Source: Victivallis vadensis (GTDB taxonomy: Bacteria; Verrucomicrobiota; Lentisphaeria; Victivallales; GWF2-50-93). From it: DNA of 64,000 bases. The stretch spans positions 25,859-89,858 of the forward strand of contig CAMCYE010000003.1 in the NCBI GenBank assembly GCA_945883805.1, written 5' to 3'. Positions 17,251 to 26,051 of the stretch are shown piece after piece. The first letter of the stretch is position 1; each line of letters starts with the position of its first letter. The notes below the pieces were generated by a model. That model ran no database searches. It saw nothing but the letters and a program-made list of their open reading frames with translations, and was not told the origin of the DNA. The position numbers and the translations under genes were made by a program.

Positions 17251-19134
17251 ATGAACAGAAACGTGTATCTCAATATTGTTGCGACGATTCTCCTCTTGTG
17301 TGTTTTGATTATAGGACTGGCTTTAATTTACTCCATCGACCTCATGAGGAAACGTACTGAACAAGTCTCGGAACAGCTCAACGCCATCCAGTCGAAAATA
17401 AACAACCTGGAAAAGAAAATTGCCGAAGGCTCGATTACACCCTCCCGATCTCAGGAAAAGCAGGATCAGAAGTCAATGCCTGCTGCGAACATCGCAAATT
17501 TCCAGTACTACGATCCCAGCGCCGAATCCGGAGGCAGACTGATCAGCGCGGTCGCAAGCGAGACGAAAAACATGAACTCGCTTGTCAACAACGAAAGTTT
17601 CGTGTCTGCAATATGGGATTACGCTACCGATTCACTCACCGACAGAAATCTCAAGCATGTGGAAATATTCGAACCCAAGCTCGCCGAGAGTTGGTCCTTG
17701 TCCGATGACAAAATGACCTATACGGTAAAACTCCGGAAAAGCGTACTCTGGCATGACTTCACCGATCCTGTCACCGGAAAAAAATGGTCCGATGTCGAAG
17801 TGACCGCCAATGACTTCAAATTCTATGTCGACGTCATAAAGGATGAGACAACCGACTGCGCCCCGTCACGCACCTATCTGCAGGACTTGGAAGGCATTGA
17901 AGTAATCTCCGACTACGAATTCAAAGTCCAATGGAAGAAGAAATACTTCCTGTCGGAGTCAATCACGCTCGGGCTGACTCCGCTGCCAAGGCATCTTTAC
18001 CACGCATACGACGGTCCATTTGACGGCAAACGATTCAATGACGATCATGAGAGGAACCGCATGATAGTCGGATGCGGTCCGTATTGTTTCGACCGTTGGG
18101 AGAAAGGACAGAGGGTTGTACTGAAAAGATGGGAGAAATATTACGGAAAAAAATATGGTGTCATGCCACCGATAGAAAACGTGGTTTTCGAAATCATCCA
18201 GCATCCGAACACACAGTTTCAGTCCCTCCTGTCAGGAACAATCGACAGAATGGGGCTTACCCCGGAACAGTGGATGACCAGGACGAATATTCCCGAATTC
18301 GACGAGAAGAACGGCAAGCTAGTGAAAATAAAGTATCCCTCCCGTGTCTACAGCTATGTCGGATATAATTTTAAAACCCCGATTTTCCAGGACAAGACAG
18401 TCCGGCAGGCGCTGACCCATCTTGTTGACAGGGAAAAACTGCTGAAGGAAGTTTATTATGGACTGGGAAGAATTGTTTCAGGCCCGTCCTTCATCGACTC
18501 ACCATATTACGACAAGAGCATTGAACCTTATCCTTTTTCCGTAGAAAAAGCCAAAGAACTGCTGAAGAAAGCAGGATGGCAAGACACTGACGGGGACGGG
18601 ATTCTGGAAAAGGACGGGAAGAAATTCGAATTCACGATTCTTGGCGTCTCAAACCATCCGATACAGGAGAGAATTCTCCCCATAGTGAAGGAAGACATGG
18701 CGAAAGCTGGAATCGTCATGAAAATAGCGACCGTCGAGTGGTCGGTTTACACGCAACGCCTTGAGAACAAGAATTTTGAAGCCTGCATTCTTGGATGGTC
18801 CATGGGATTTGAAGACGATCCCTACCAGATATGGCATTCAAACGAAGCGGACAAGAAGGGGTCGAGCAACCACATATCCTTCAAGAACAGTGAAGCCGAC
18901 AGGCTCATTGAAGAAATAAGGACATGTTTTGATCTCGACAAAAGAATCAAACTCTGCCATGATTTTCACCGGCTCCTCCATGAAGAACAGCCTTACACTT
19001 TCCTTATATCTCCATACAGCCTTGTCGCCCAGAGCGGCACTTACAGGAACGTAAGGGTGTTTCCCGGAGGCATTGATTCAAAGATAATGTGGTGTCCGAA
19101 ATCCGAACAGAAGGCGGTGCCGTCAGGTAAGTAA
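17251..19134 (+). CDS. ABC-transporter family-5 solute-binding protein (peptide/nickel type) with N-terminal TM anchor and coiled coil
   Basis: TM IVATILLLCVLIIGLALIY, then a coiled coil, then an SBP_bac_5-like body (LAESWSLSDDKMTYTVKLRKSVLWHD...GPYCFDRWEKGQRVVLKRWEKY...GWSMGFEDDPYQIWHS). Confidence 0.8.
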   Translation: MNRNVYLNIVATILLLCVLIIGLALIYSIDLMRKRTEQVSEQLNAIQSKINNLEKKIAEGSITPSRSQEKQDQKSMPAANIANFQYYDPSAESGGRLISAVASETKNMNSLVNNESFVSAIWDYATDSLTDRNLKHVEIFEPKLAESWSLSDDKMTYTVKLRKSVLWHDFTDPVTGKKWSDVEVTANDFKFYVDVIKDETTDCAPSRTYLQDLEGIEVISDYEFKVQWKKKYFLSESITLGLTPLPRHLYHAYDGPFDGKRFNDDHERNRMIVGCGPYCFDRWEKGQRVVLKRWEKYYGKKYGVMPPIENVVFEIIQHPNTQFQSLLSGTIDRMGLTPEQWMTRTNIPEFDEKNGKLVKIKYPSRVYSYVGYNFKTPIFQDKTVRQALTHLVDREKLLKEVYYGLGRIVSGPSFIDSPYYDKSIEPYPFSVEKAKELLKKAGWQDTDGDGILEKDGKKFEFTILGVSNHPIQERILPIVKEDMAKAGIVMKIATVEWSVYTQRLENKNFEACILGWSMGFEDDPYQIWHSNEADKKGSSNHISFKNSEADRLIEEIRTCFDLDKRIKLCHDFHRLLHEEQPYTFLISPYSLVAQSGTYRNVRVFPGGIDSKIMWCPKSEQKAVPSGK

Positions 19135-19154
19135 CTCGGGCATTCCTGCCCGAG
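19135..19154 (+). terminator. GC hairpin abutting the stop codon
   Basis: CTCGGGCA-TTCC-TGCCCGAG (8 bp stem) begins 1 nt after TAA 19132-19134. No U-tract follows. Confidence 0.4.
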
Positions 19155-19251
19155 ACTCTTGAATCCGTCGTCGCTGAGAAGCTATGCCGGACACAGTCGG
19201 AGAAACGGTGAATCGGAGACAGGGAGATCTGGGGAAATTTATTTGTTTAGG

Positions 19252-19300
19252 AATTGCAGGCAAGAATGCCATCATTACTCAGAACAGCTCTTACGAGCTT
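19252..19300. repeat. chimeric repeat: family-2 right arm joined to family-1 left arm
   Basis: AATTGCAGGCAAGAATGCCATCATTACT (compare AATTGCAGGCTAAGGCCCGCATTACT) is directly followed by CAGAACAGCTCTTACGAGCTT (compare AAGAACAGCCCTTACGGGCTT). Confidence 0.6.
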
Positions 19301-19333
19301 TGATACAAACCTTGAAAATATCATAATAATTTT

Positions 19334-20161
19334 TTGGGAACAAAAAAATTGAAAACAAAAATCATAAAGCTCAAATCCTTTATAAAAGACTGCGGGAAAG
19401 TCATGGTCGCATATTCCGGGGGAATTGATTCCTCCTTTGTCCTCAAGCTCTGTGTCGATCAGATTGGAGGGGAAAACGTCCTGGCTGTCACCGGCGCTTC
19501 GGAAACATTCACCGAAATGGAACTTGACAACGCTGCGGATTTCGCAAAATCAACCGGAGTGGAGCATGCAGTTATCACGACCAGGGAAATAGACAATCCC
19601 GATTTCAGATCCAATCCGCCCCTGCGCTGTTACCACTGCAAAAAAGAGTTTTATTCAAAACTTGCGGAACTCGCAGGAAAGCGGGGTTTCAAATTCATTT
19701 TCGACGGCTCGAACAAGGACGATCTTTCAGATTACCGTCCGGGTCGGAAAGCGGCGGCGGAGTTCGGGATAATCAGTCCACTGATAAAATTCGGACTGGC
19801 GAAAAAGGAAGTCCGCGAACTCTCGAAGAAAATGGGGATAAAAATCTGGGACAAGCCCTCGAACCCGTGTCTGGCAAGCAGAGTCCCCTATGGCGAAGAG
19901 ATTACCGAGGAAAAACTCGAGATGATTTTCAAGTCGGAAAAATTCCTGAGGGATAATGGTTTTATAAACGTAAGGGTGCGGCATCATGGAAAACTCGCCA
20001 GGATTGAAGTGCCTGAAAAGGAAATAATGAAACTTCTGAAAGAACCTCTGAAAAGTGCAATCATCAAAAAACTTAGCTCGATCGGCTTCACTTGGGTTTC
20101 CATCGACATCAAAGGCTACAGGACAGGAAGCCTGAATGAAATCCTGGATTTGAAGAAATAA
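19334..20161 (+). CDS. larE: PP-loop ATP pyrophosphatase, LarE-like sulfur transferase
   Basis: PP-loop VAYSGGIDSS, plus CYHCK and the conserved Cys in SNPCLASRVPYG, as in LarE / TIGR00268-type proteins. Probable TTG start. Confidence 0.7.
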   Translation: MGTKKLKTKIIKLKSFIKDCGKVMVAYSGGIDSSFVLKLCVDQIGGENVLAVTGASETFTEMELDNAADFAKSTGVEHAVITTREIDNPDFRSNPPLRCYHCKKEFYSKLAELAGKRGFKFIFDGSNKDDLSDYRPGRKAAAEFGIISPLIKFGLAKKEVRELSKKMGIKIWDKPSNPCLASRVPYGEEITEEKLEMIFKSEKFLRDNGFINVRVRHHGKLARIEVPEKEIMKLLKEPLKSAIIKKLSSIGFTWVSIDIKGYRTGSLNEILDLKK

Positions 20162-20175
20162 TTTTTCAATTGCCT

Positions 20176-21258
20176 CTACGACCAGTTCTTATTGTTGGAC
20201 CGGTGGTAGCGTGAGGCTGAAATGGCCAGCGCCCTTGTCATGTTCTCGAGTTCCTGGAGAACAACACCGGTGCCGTTTGCAACAGCCTTCGAAGGTTCGT
20301 CGGAAAGGAAAACAGGAAGACCCGTCTCCTCGGAAATAAGCCTGTCCAAGCCCCTCAGCTGAGAACCTCCTCCTGCAAGCATGATACCGCGGTCGATGAG
20401 GTCGGCCGCAAGTTCCGGAGGACATCTCTCAAGTGTGACCCTGACTGCTTCGACAATGCTCGTGAGCGGCTCCTGGAGAGAAGCCCTGATTTCCTGGGAT
20501 GTGATTTTTATCGTCTTTGGAAGGCCTGAAATGAGATCCCTGCCTTTGACATCGAGGACGGTCTCCTCGGACTGCGGGTAGGCGCTGCCAATTTTAATTT
20601 TGATGTCTTCAGAGGTTCTTTCGCCAATCATGAGATTGTAAACGCGCTTCATGTGCTGGCAAATCGCGGCATCCATCTCGTCTCCCGCAACGCGCACGCT
20701 TCTGGACTCGACAATTCCGGAAAGGGAAATTATGGCGACTTCGGTTGTACCTCCGCCGATATCCACTATCATACTCCCCGAAGGTTCCGCAACCGGCAAC
20801 CCAACGCCTATGGCCGCAGCCATGGGTTCCTCAATCAGATAAATGTCTCCGGCGCCAGCCCTCTGAGCACTGTCCTTGACGGCCCTGGTTTCAACTTCCG
20901 TGATCCCGGACGGTACGGCTATGAGAACGTGTGGAGCAAGAATTCTTCTGCGCTTCGGAACGTACTGACGCGCCTTCTGGATGAAATATCTCAGCATTTC
21001 CTCGGTTATTTCAAAATCGGCGATGACTCCGTCTTTCATCGGGCGTATGGCGCGAATATTTCCAGGTGTGCGTCCAAGCATCCTTTTAGCTTCGCTTCCA
21101 ACTGCAAGCACCTCTTTAGTGCCCTCCATGATGGCGACAACGGAAGGTTCGCACAGGACGATGCCCTTATCACGCACAAAAACAAGACATGTCGCAGTTC
21201 CCAAGTCTATTCCAATATCTGTGGAGAACATCCTTGATAATTTCTGATATAGCATCAT
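20176..21258 (-). CDS. mreB: rod shape-determining actin homolog MreB
   Basis: [22 protein letters not shown] parallels the E. coli N-terminus [20 protein letters not shown]. Also has [29 protein letters not shown] and [12 protein letters not shown]. Confidence 0.95.
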   Translation of the reverse strand: MMLYQKLSRMFSTDIGIDLGTATCLVFVRDKGIVLCEPSVVAIMEGTKEVLAVGSEAKRMLGRTPGNIRAIRPMKDGVIADFEITEEMLRYFIQKARQYVPKRRRILAPHVLIAVPSGITEVETRAVKDSAQRAGAGDIYLIEEPMAAAIGVGLPVAEPSGSMIVDIGGGTTEVAIISLSGIVESRSVRVAGDEMDAAICQHMKRVYNLMIGERTSEDIKIKIGSAYPQSEETVLDVKGRDLISGLPKTIKITSQEIRASLQEPLTSIVEAVRVTLERCPPELAADLIDRGIMLAGGGSQLRGLDRLISEETGLPVFLSDEPSKAVANGTGVVLQELENMTRALAISASRYHRSNNKNWS

Positions 21259-21357
21259 AAGTCCCCTTCATAATTTTTACAGAAAAACAATCTGATGCGT
21301 AACTTAATTCATAACCTCAATGACATCAAGCGGAAATGCGATAACTGATATGAATTT

Positions 21358-21530
21358 TTATTTCCCCTTCCTGTCCATTCTGAATTTTGACGGAGTGCCG
21401 CCTATCCTTTTTCCTAATTCCCTTGAAAAATAGTTGCCATCGTTGAAACCAGATTTAAATGCGATTTCACCGATGCTGAGCTACGTGCTGTCCGGGAGTT
21501 CACAGATCTTTGCCTGTGATTACGCCTCGA
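21358..21530 (-). pseudogene. AraC-family regulator remnant (3' end only, with in-frame stops)
   Basis: The reverse strand reads ...SQAKICELPDST*LSIGEIAFKSGFNDGNYFSRELGKRIGGTPSKFRMDRKGK*. This is the second AraC HTH with a TAG inside and a TAA further upstream. No N-terminal part is present. Confidence 0.65.
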
Positions 21531-21532
21531 TT

Positions 21533-21700
21533 GATGCTGAAATAGAACGGCTCAAGCCGCTGATTGAACTCGGCGGATACATTCCGTGCCCCGATCATCG
21601 AATCGCACCAGATGCGGAATTTCTGAAAAGGGGGCATGCCATACATTTCAGATGCAATCATCCGGACGCGCTTGGAATGAGACGAGACATTTTACGATGA
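21533..21700 (+). pseudogene. URO-D-family gene remnant (3' end only)
   Basis: DAEIERLKPLIELGGYIPCPDHRIAPDAEF resembles the C-terminal GGGYI...H/P segment of the URO-D paralogs in this window. The preceding ~300 codons are absent and the tail diverges. Confidence 0.45.
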
Positions 21701-21720
21701 TAAATTTTGCAGGACAAAAT

Positions 21721-22998
21721 TTAACTCATCAAATCCCGCAGCAGCATGATGTTCAGGAATGTCACAATAGCGGCGATTGTGAACAGGATTGTCCGGCCGA
21801 GCCTGTCGTTCTTGTATTTACCCATGACTTTGCCTGAGGAAGTCAGATATATCAGCGTGAAAATGGTAAGCGGCAACTGGATGCTGAGGAGCACCTGTGA
21901 AAAAATGAGGCCTTTGAATGGATCGGAGATGAAAAATATTACTACTGCTCCTCCGATCAGGGTGATGCCGGCACCGATTTTTGAATGTTTGTCTTTAATA
22001 TCGTAAGGCTCTCCGACTATTCCAGCGAAAATGGAAGCGCCGGCTATGCCTGCGGTGAGCGCTGAAGCGAGTCCGGCAAGGAGAAGGGCGACGGCGAAGA
22101 CAGTTGCTGAAGTCGAACCTAGCAGGGGATCAAGGGTTTTAGCCGCCTGCTGAAGCTCCGTCACCTGTATTGAATTCGAAAAGAAGACCGCTGCCGCGAC
22201 AATTATCATGGCGCTGTTGATGGCCCATCCCACGCCCATTGAAAAAAGGGTGTCTAGGAATTCAAATTTCAGCTTATCCTTTATGAATTCGTCTTTTTCA
22301 TTCTGCCATTGCCTGCTCTGTATTATTTCCGAATGCAGGAAAAGATTGTGCGGCATCACAACCGCGCCAAGCACGCTCATTATGACAACCATGCTTCCCA
22401 GCGGGAAGGACGGGACTGTCCAGCCAACAGCGGCGGAAGTCCAGTCCACTTTGATGAGTATTATCTCAAATACGAATGAAATCCCGATAAGTGAGACAAA
22501 TCCTATGATGATCTTCTCTATTTTCCTGTATGCGCTGGAATAAAGCATCCATGAGACAAACGCAACTGACAGGACTGTTCCGACTTTCAGGGGGAGGCCG
22601 AAAAGCATCTGCAGGGCTATTGCGGCTCCGAGAATTTCGGCAAGCGCGGTTGAAACCACGGCAATCATGGCGGTTGCAAGGATTGTGCGCGAAACTGACG
22701 GACGGAGGTGCTTTGTGGCAGATTCAGAAAGACACAGTCCGGTTGAAATGCCAAGATGCGCCGCGTTGTGCTGAAGGAAAATAAGCATGATCGTGGAAAG
22801 CGTGACTATCCATAGGAGCTTATACCCGAAAATCGAACCGGCCGCCATATTTGAAGCCCAGTTGCCGGGATCAATAAAACCCACGGTAACCAGAAGCCCG
22901 GGTCCGATGTACTTCAGCACTTCAAGCCCCGTAATCTTCGGGGGCACCGCATCCTTCAGCAACTGCCTGAAACATGAAATTGTGAAAATGTTTTTCAT
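21721..22998 (-). CDS. mntH: Nramp-family divalent metal (Mn2+/Fe2+) transporter
   Basis: GFIDPGNWASNMAAGS (DPGN motif), MPHNLFLHSEI, and about 11 TM segments. Confidence 0.88.
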   Translation of the reverse strand: MKNIFTISCFRQLLKDAVPPKITGLEVLKYIGPGLLVTVGFIDPGNWASNMAAGSIFGYKLLWIVTLSTIMLIFLQHNAAHLGISTGLCLSESATKHLRPSVSRTILATAMIAVVSTALAEILGAAIALQMLFGLPLKVGTVLSVAFVSWMLYSSAYRKIEKIIIGFVSLIGISFVFEIILIKVDWTSAAVGWTVPSFPLGSMVVIMSVLGAVVMPHNLFLHSEIIQSRQWQNEKDEFIKDKLKFEFLDTLFSMGVGWAINSAMIIVAAAVFFSNSIQVTELQQAAKTLDPLLGSTSATVFAVALLLAGLASALTAGIAGASIFAGIVGEPYDIKDKHSKIGAGITLIGGAVVIFFISDPFKGLIFSQVLLSIQLPLTIFTLIYLTSSGKVMGKYKNDRLGRTILFTIAAIVTFLNIMLLRDLMS

Positions 22999-23032
22999 TT
23001 CGTACGTTTGTCCCTGTATCCCTGCGGTTAAT

Positions 23033-24052
23033 TTACTGCCGGATGATATTGCGTACCGACGCCCCGATCCTGCAAAGGAAAGAATAGAGCCCCTTCCTGA
23101 AATGTTTTTCCATGAATATGATTATCTGCATGACCATAGAACCGGCATAAAGTCTTGCAAATGTGCGTGAGGATACCCATCTGAAGTTAAGGTTCTTTTT
23201 TTCTGCGATGCATTCCGCCCAGAGACCGCTCATGCGTGAAATGTATCTCAATCCTTCTCCATTCAAAGGCAACACCATGCCCGCGGAATCCCCGAATAAA
23301 CAGACATCCCCTTTCATCACTGCTATTGCAGGACGCATTGGAATTCTGCCGCCTCCCTTGGAGACGACTTCGCCGTTTATGTTTTCCTCCTCTTTGAATC
23401 TTTTAAAATCAGAAGGGGAGAAAGGCGTTTTTGAAAATGAACCTATTCCCACATTGAGTTTTCCGTCGGGCAACGGAAATATCCAGTAGTATCCTATCTG
23501 GTTCTCAAGGATTTTGAAATAAAGGGAGTCGTCATATTTACTTTGACCCCCTATTATTTCAACATAACTGGTTCCATGGAAGCTGTTGCCTAGTTTTTGG
23601 ACGAATCCTTTTGCGAGGATGAGTTTTCTGTATGCAGCGTCTGACGTTTTCATGCCGTGTCTGAGCTTCACAATGTTTTTTCCGGGGTCGTGGGAGATGT
23701 ATTCGGCCTTCTGGAAGACCGCTCCGGAAGCTATTGCCTTTTCCAGTATTGCCGCATCAAGAACCCGTCTATCGGCGACGACATACCCTGATTTGAATCC
23801 TGATGTTTTTCCGCCCGCGGAAATTATGATGTTGTTGACTCTGACATGCGGTATTTCGATTTCGAGTTTTTCAAATTCCTCATCCCTTATCCCGCCTGCG
23901 CATTTCAAGCGTATTCCGGGCTGTGCTTTGTCGAAAAGAACGACACTGCCGTATCTTGCGAGTTTGGAGGCGAGCAGGCTTCCCGCGAATGAGGCTCCGA
24001 TTACTGTGAAATCGCTTTCCGGGAAAAATGATTTGGAATCTGCGTCAGGCAT
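23033..24052 (-). CDS. FAD-dependent oxidoreductase, geranylgeranyl-reductase-like
   Basis: N-terminal dinucleotide fold DFTVIGASFAGSLLASKLARYGSVVLFDK, then RLKCAGGI and LFGDSAGMVLPLNGEGL. Confidence 0.7.
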   Translation of the reverse strand: MPDADSKSFFPESDFTVIGASFAGSLLASKLARYGSVVLFDKAQPGIRLKCAGGIRDEEFEKLEIEIPHVRVNNIIISAGGKTSGFKSGYVVADRRVLDAAILEKAIASGAVFQKAEYISHDPGKNIVKLRHGMKTSDAAYRKLILAKGFVQKLGNSFHGTSYVEIIGGQSKYDDSLYFKILENQIGYYWIFPLPDGKLNVGIGSFSKTPFSPSDFKRFKEEENINGEVVSKGGGRIPMRPAIAVMKGDVCLFGDSAGMVLPLNGEGLRYISRMSGLWAECIAEKKNLNFRWVSSRTFARLYAGSMVMQIIIFMEKHFRKGLYSFLCRIGASVRNIIRQ

Positions 24053-24096
24053 TTATATCAGCTTATCCTTATACTCCGCATTAAGACCTTGATAAA

Positions 24097-24127
24097 GACA
24101 CGCTAAAGCCGTGAACTCCAACTAATT
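24097..24127. repeat. family-5 short repeat (CACGCTAAAGCCGTGAACTCCAA...)
   Basis: GACACGCTAAAGCCGTGAACTCCAACTAATTT compares with GCACACTAAAGTGTGAACTCCAAAATTT at 44531-44558. Both contain a mini-hairpin around CTAAAG. Confidence 0.6.
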
Positions 24128-24272
24128 TCGTCAGTCTTCAGTCATTAGCTGATAGGTCATAGGTGTTAGTTGATAGCAATTAACTTTGAGCTATGAACTA
24201 CGAGCTATGAACTTTTAACGCTCCGATTCACCGCTTCGCCGATTCATTTTTCAACAGATCACTGATTACCGG

Positions 24273-24698
24273 TCACGGATCACTGGTTTTAGCGTCGAGA
24301 TAAGCCTGGAGGATGATGCAGGCTGCGACCGTGTCAATTTTTTGTTTCCGTTTTTCTCTGGAAACATTTCCTTCAATTAGGAGTTTTTCGGCCGACACGC
24401 TGGTCAGCCGTTCATCAAGATAATCCACTTTTATATTCAATTTCGTTTCAAGCAGCGTAGCGAGTTCCCTCACCTTACCGGCGTGGGTGCCTTCATCGCC
24501 GCTCATGTGCTTGGGAAGACCGATAACTATTTCCCCGGCATTGACCTCGGTGTATTTTTTTGCGATCTGTCCGGCAAGTTCCTCTAGGGAAATTGAATCG
24601 CACCTTATAAATCCGGCCGGTTGCGCAATAAAGGCCGACGGATCGCTTACAGCTATTCCGGTTCTGACAGTACCATAGTCTATCCCGATGACACGCAT
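24273..24698 (-). CDS. ruvX: Holliday-junction-resolvase-like nuclease YqgF/RuvX
   Basis: MRVIGIDYGTVRTGIAVSD...IVIGLPKHMSGDEG...DERLTS. ATG 24698 is preceded by AGGGA; the ORF remains open to 24722. Confidence 0.9.
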   Translation of the reverse strand: MRVIGIDYGTVRTGIAVSDPSAFIAQPAGFIRCDSISLEELAGQIAKKYTEVNAGEIVIGLPKHMSGDEGTHAGKVRELATLLETKLNIKVDYLDERLTSVSAEKLLIEGNVSREKRKQKIDTVAACIILQAYLDAKTSDP

Positions 24699-24800
24699 TG
24701 TGTATTCCCTGAAATTTTTCATAATAAAGATGACGAAACTATTTTATACAAATCCTTGAAATATTATAAGCAACTTATATTATTCTGAGAACATAAATTA

Positions 24801-25346
24801 ATGGGGAAAATCATGACACGCGTGGAAATTCCATTTGAAAAGTTTTCGACTCCGGTTTTCAAATCCTGGGGCAGTGACTGGTTTCTGCTCACTTCCGGAA
24901 GCTTTAAAACCGGCAAGTTCAACACTATGACGGTCGCATGGGGAAGTTTTGGAGTAATGTGGCAGAAGCCCTTTGCGATGGTTGTCGTGCGCCCGAGCCG
25001 GCATACATACGGGTTCATGGAAAAATTCGACACCTTCACTCTCTGTGCTTTTCCGTCCGAGTTAAAAAAAGTTCTCAGCTTCTGCGGCGTGAAATCGGGA
25101 AAGGATGTTGATAAAATAAAAGAGACGGGAATAACCCCGATAACATCCCTGAAGATCGAGGCGCCCGGCTTTGACGAGGCGGAACTGATAATTGAATGCA
25201 GAAAAAACTATTCTGATGATTTCCGTCCGAAAAATTTCCTGGACCCCGCGATTGAGGGAAATTATCCGGGAAAAGATTACCACAGGATTTACTTTGGGGA
25301 AATTATCGCAATCAACGGAGTGAAAAAGTATCTTGATGAAAAATAA
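24801..25346 (+). CDS. flavin reductase-like (FMN-binding split-barrel) domain protein
   Basis: WFLLTSGSFKTGKFNTMTVAWGSFGVMWQKPFAMVVVRPSRHTYGFM is typical of this family. An alternative start at ATG 24813 has a better GGGGA spacing. Confidence 0.7.
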   Translation: MGKIMTRVEIPFEKFSTPVFKSWGSDWFLLTSGSFKTGKFNTMTVAWGSFGVMWQKPFAMVVVRPSRHTYGFMEKFDTFTLCAFPSELKKVLSFCGVKSGKDVDKIKETGITPITSLKIEAPGFDEAELIIECRKNYSDDFRPKNFLDPAIEGNYPGKDYHRIYFGEIIAINGVKKYLDEK

Positions 25347-25875
25347 GGAAGAAAAGAAGGTCAAGACAATACTTCTGATGAGACACAGCAAATCCGACTG
25401 GGAGGAGGGTGTTTCCGATTTTGATAGACCTCTGGCAGAAAGGGGGAGGAGTGATTCCCCCCTCATGGGTAAGTTCCTTCTGAAGTGCAGAAAAGTGCCG
25501 CTCCTGATAATTTCATCCCCCGCCGAAAGAGCCAGGGAAACGGCTGAACTTCTTGCCAAGTCCTGTAGATACAGAAAGAAAATAGAATACAACGATTCCC
25601 TGTATGAAAACAGTCCCGGTGAAATAATCAAAATCCTCCAGAAAATAGATGATGAAATCGATACGGCCATGGTCATCGGACACAATCCGTCAATCGAAGA
25701 AGCTACGAAGAAGCTCTGCTTCAGGGAGATGAAATCAATTGAAAATGGAATCAAGTTCCCGACATCGGCAATCGTATGTCTTGAAGTTGAAACAGAGTCC
25801 TGGTCGGAACTCTATCCCGGAAACTGCACCATGGCGTGGTTTGTCACCCCAAAACTGGTGAAAGAGCTTTTTTAA
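25333..25875 (+). CDS. histidine phosphatase family protein (SixA-like)
   Basis: ILLMRHSKSDWEEGVSDFDRPLAERG (RH catalytic motif) and VIGHNPSIEE. 14-nt overlap with the upstream gene. Confidence 0.75.
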   Translation: MMKNKEEKKVKTILLMRHSKSDWEEGVSDFDRPLAERGRSDSPLMGKFLLKCRKVPLLIISSPAERARETAELLAKSCRYRKKIEYNDSLYENSPGEIIKILQKIDDEIDTAMVIGHNPSIEEATKKLCFREMKSIENGIKFPTSAIVCLEVETESWSELYPGNCTMAWFVTPKLVKELF

Positions 25876-26007
25876 GGCGGGCTTTGCCCGCAACCCAAAC
25901 TCGAAGCACGAAATCCGAAATTCGAAACAAATTCAAAATTTTAAATTTTTCAAACATTTAGATTTACTGTTTTTTGTTTCGTATTTCGTGCTTCGAATTT
26001 CGGATTT
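25876..26007 (+). repeat. post-stop-codon module (GC hairpin plus TTCGAAAT-word region) with competing long-range complementarities
   Basis: GGCGGGCTTTGCCCGCAA starts 1 nt after TAA 25873-25875. Perfect complements are 25901-25914/25983-25996 (14 bp), 25911-25926/25992-26007 (16 bp) and 25923-25931/25973-25981 (9 bp). Confidence 0.7.
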
Positions 26008-26051
26008 TAGACACGCATACGCTTAAAATAAAACAAAGACGCAGGCAAAGC

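Noticed and set aside
25062-25754. Long antisense ORFs opposite well-supported genes: 25062-25754, 31645-32352, 9683-10387, 20653-21237, 4340-4945, 4938-5507, 56726-57325, 46124-46603, 54616-55161, 37631-38005 and 38451-38972.
   Set aside because: Each lies opposite a gene with clear family motifs. Their translations are low-complexity (Ser/Arg/Pro/Leu-rich) and lack start context. Their frequency suggests codon-usage-driven stop depletion on the antisense strand rather than overlapping genes.
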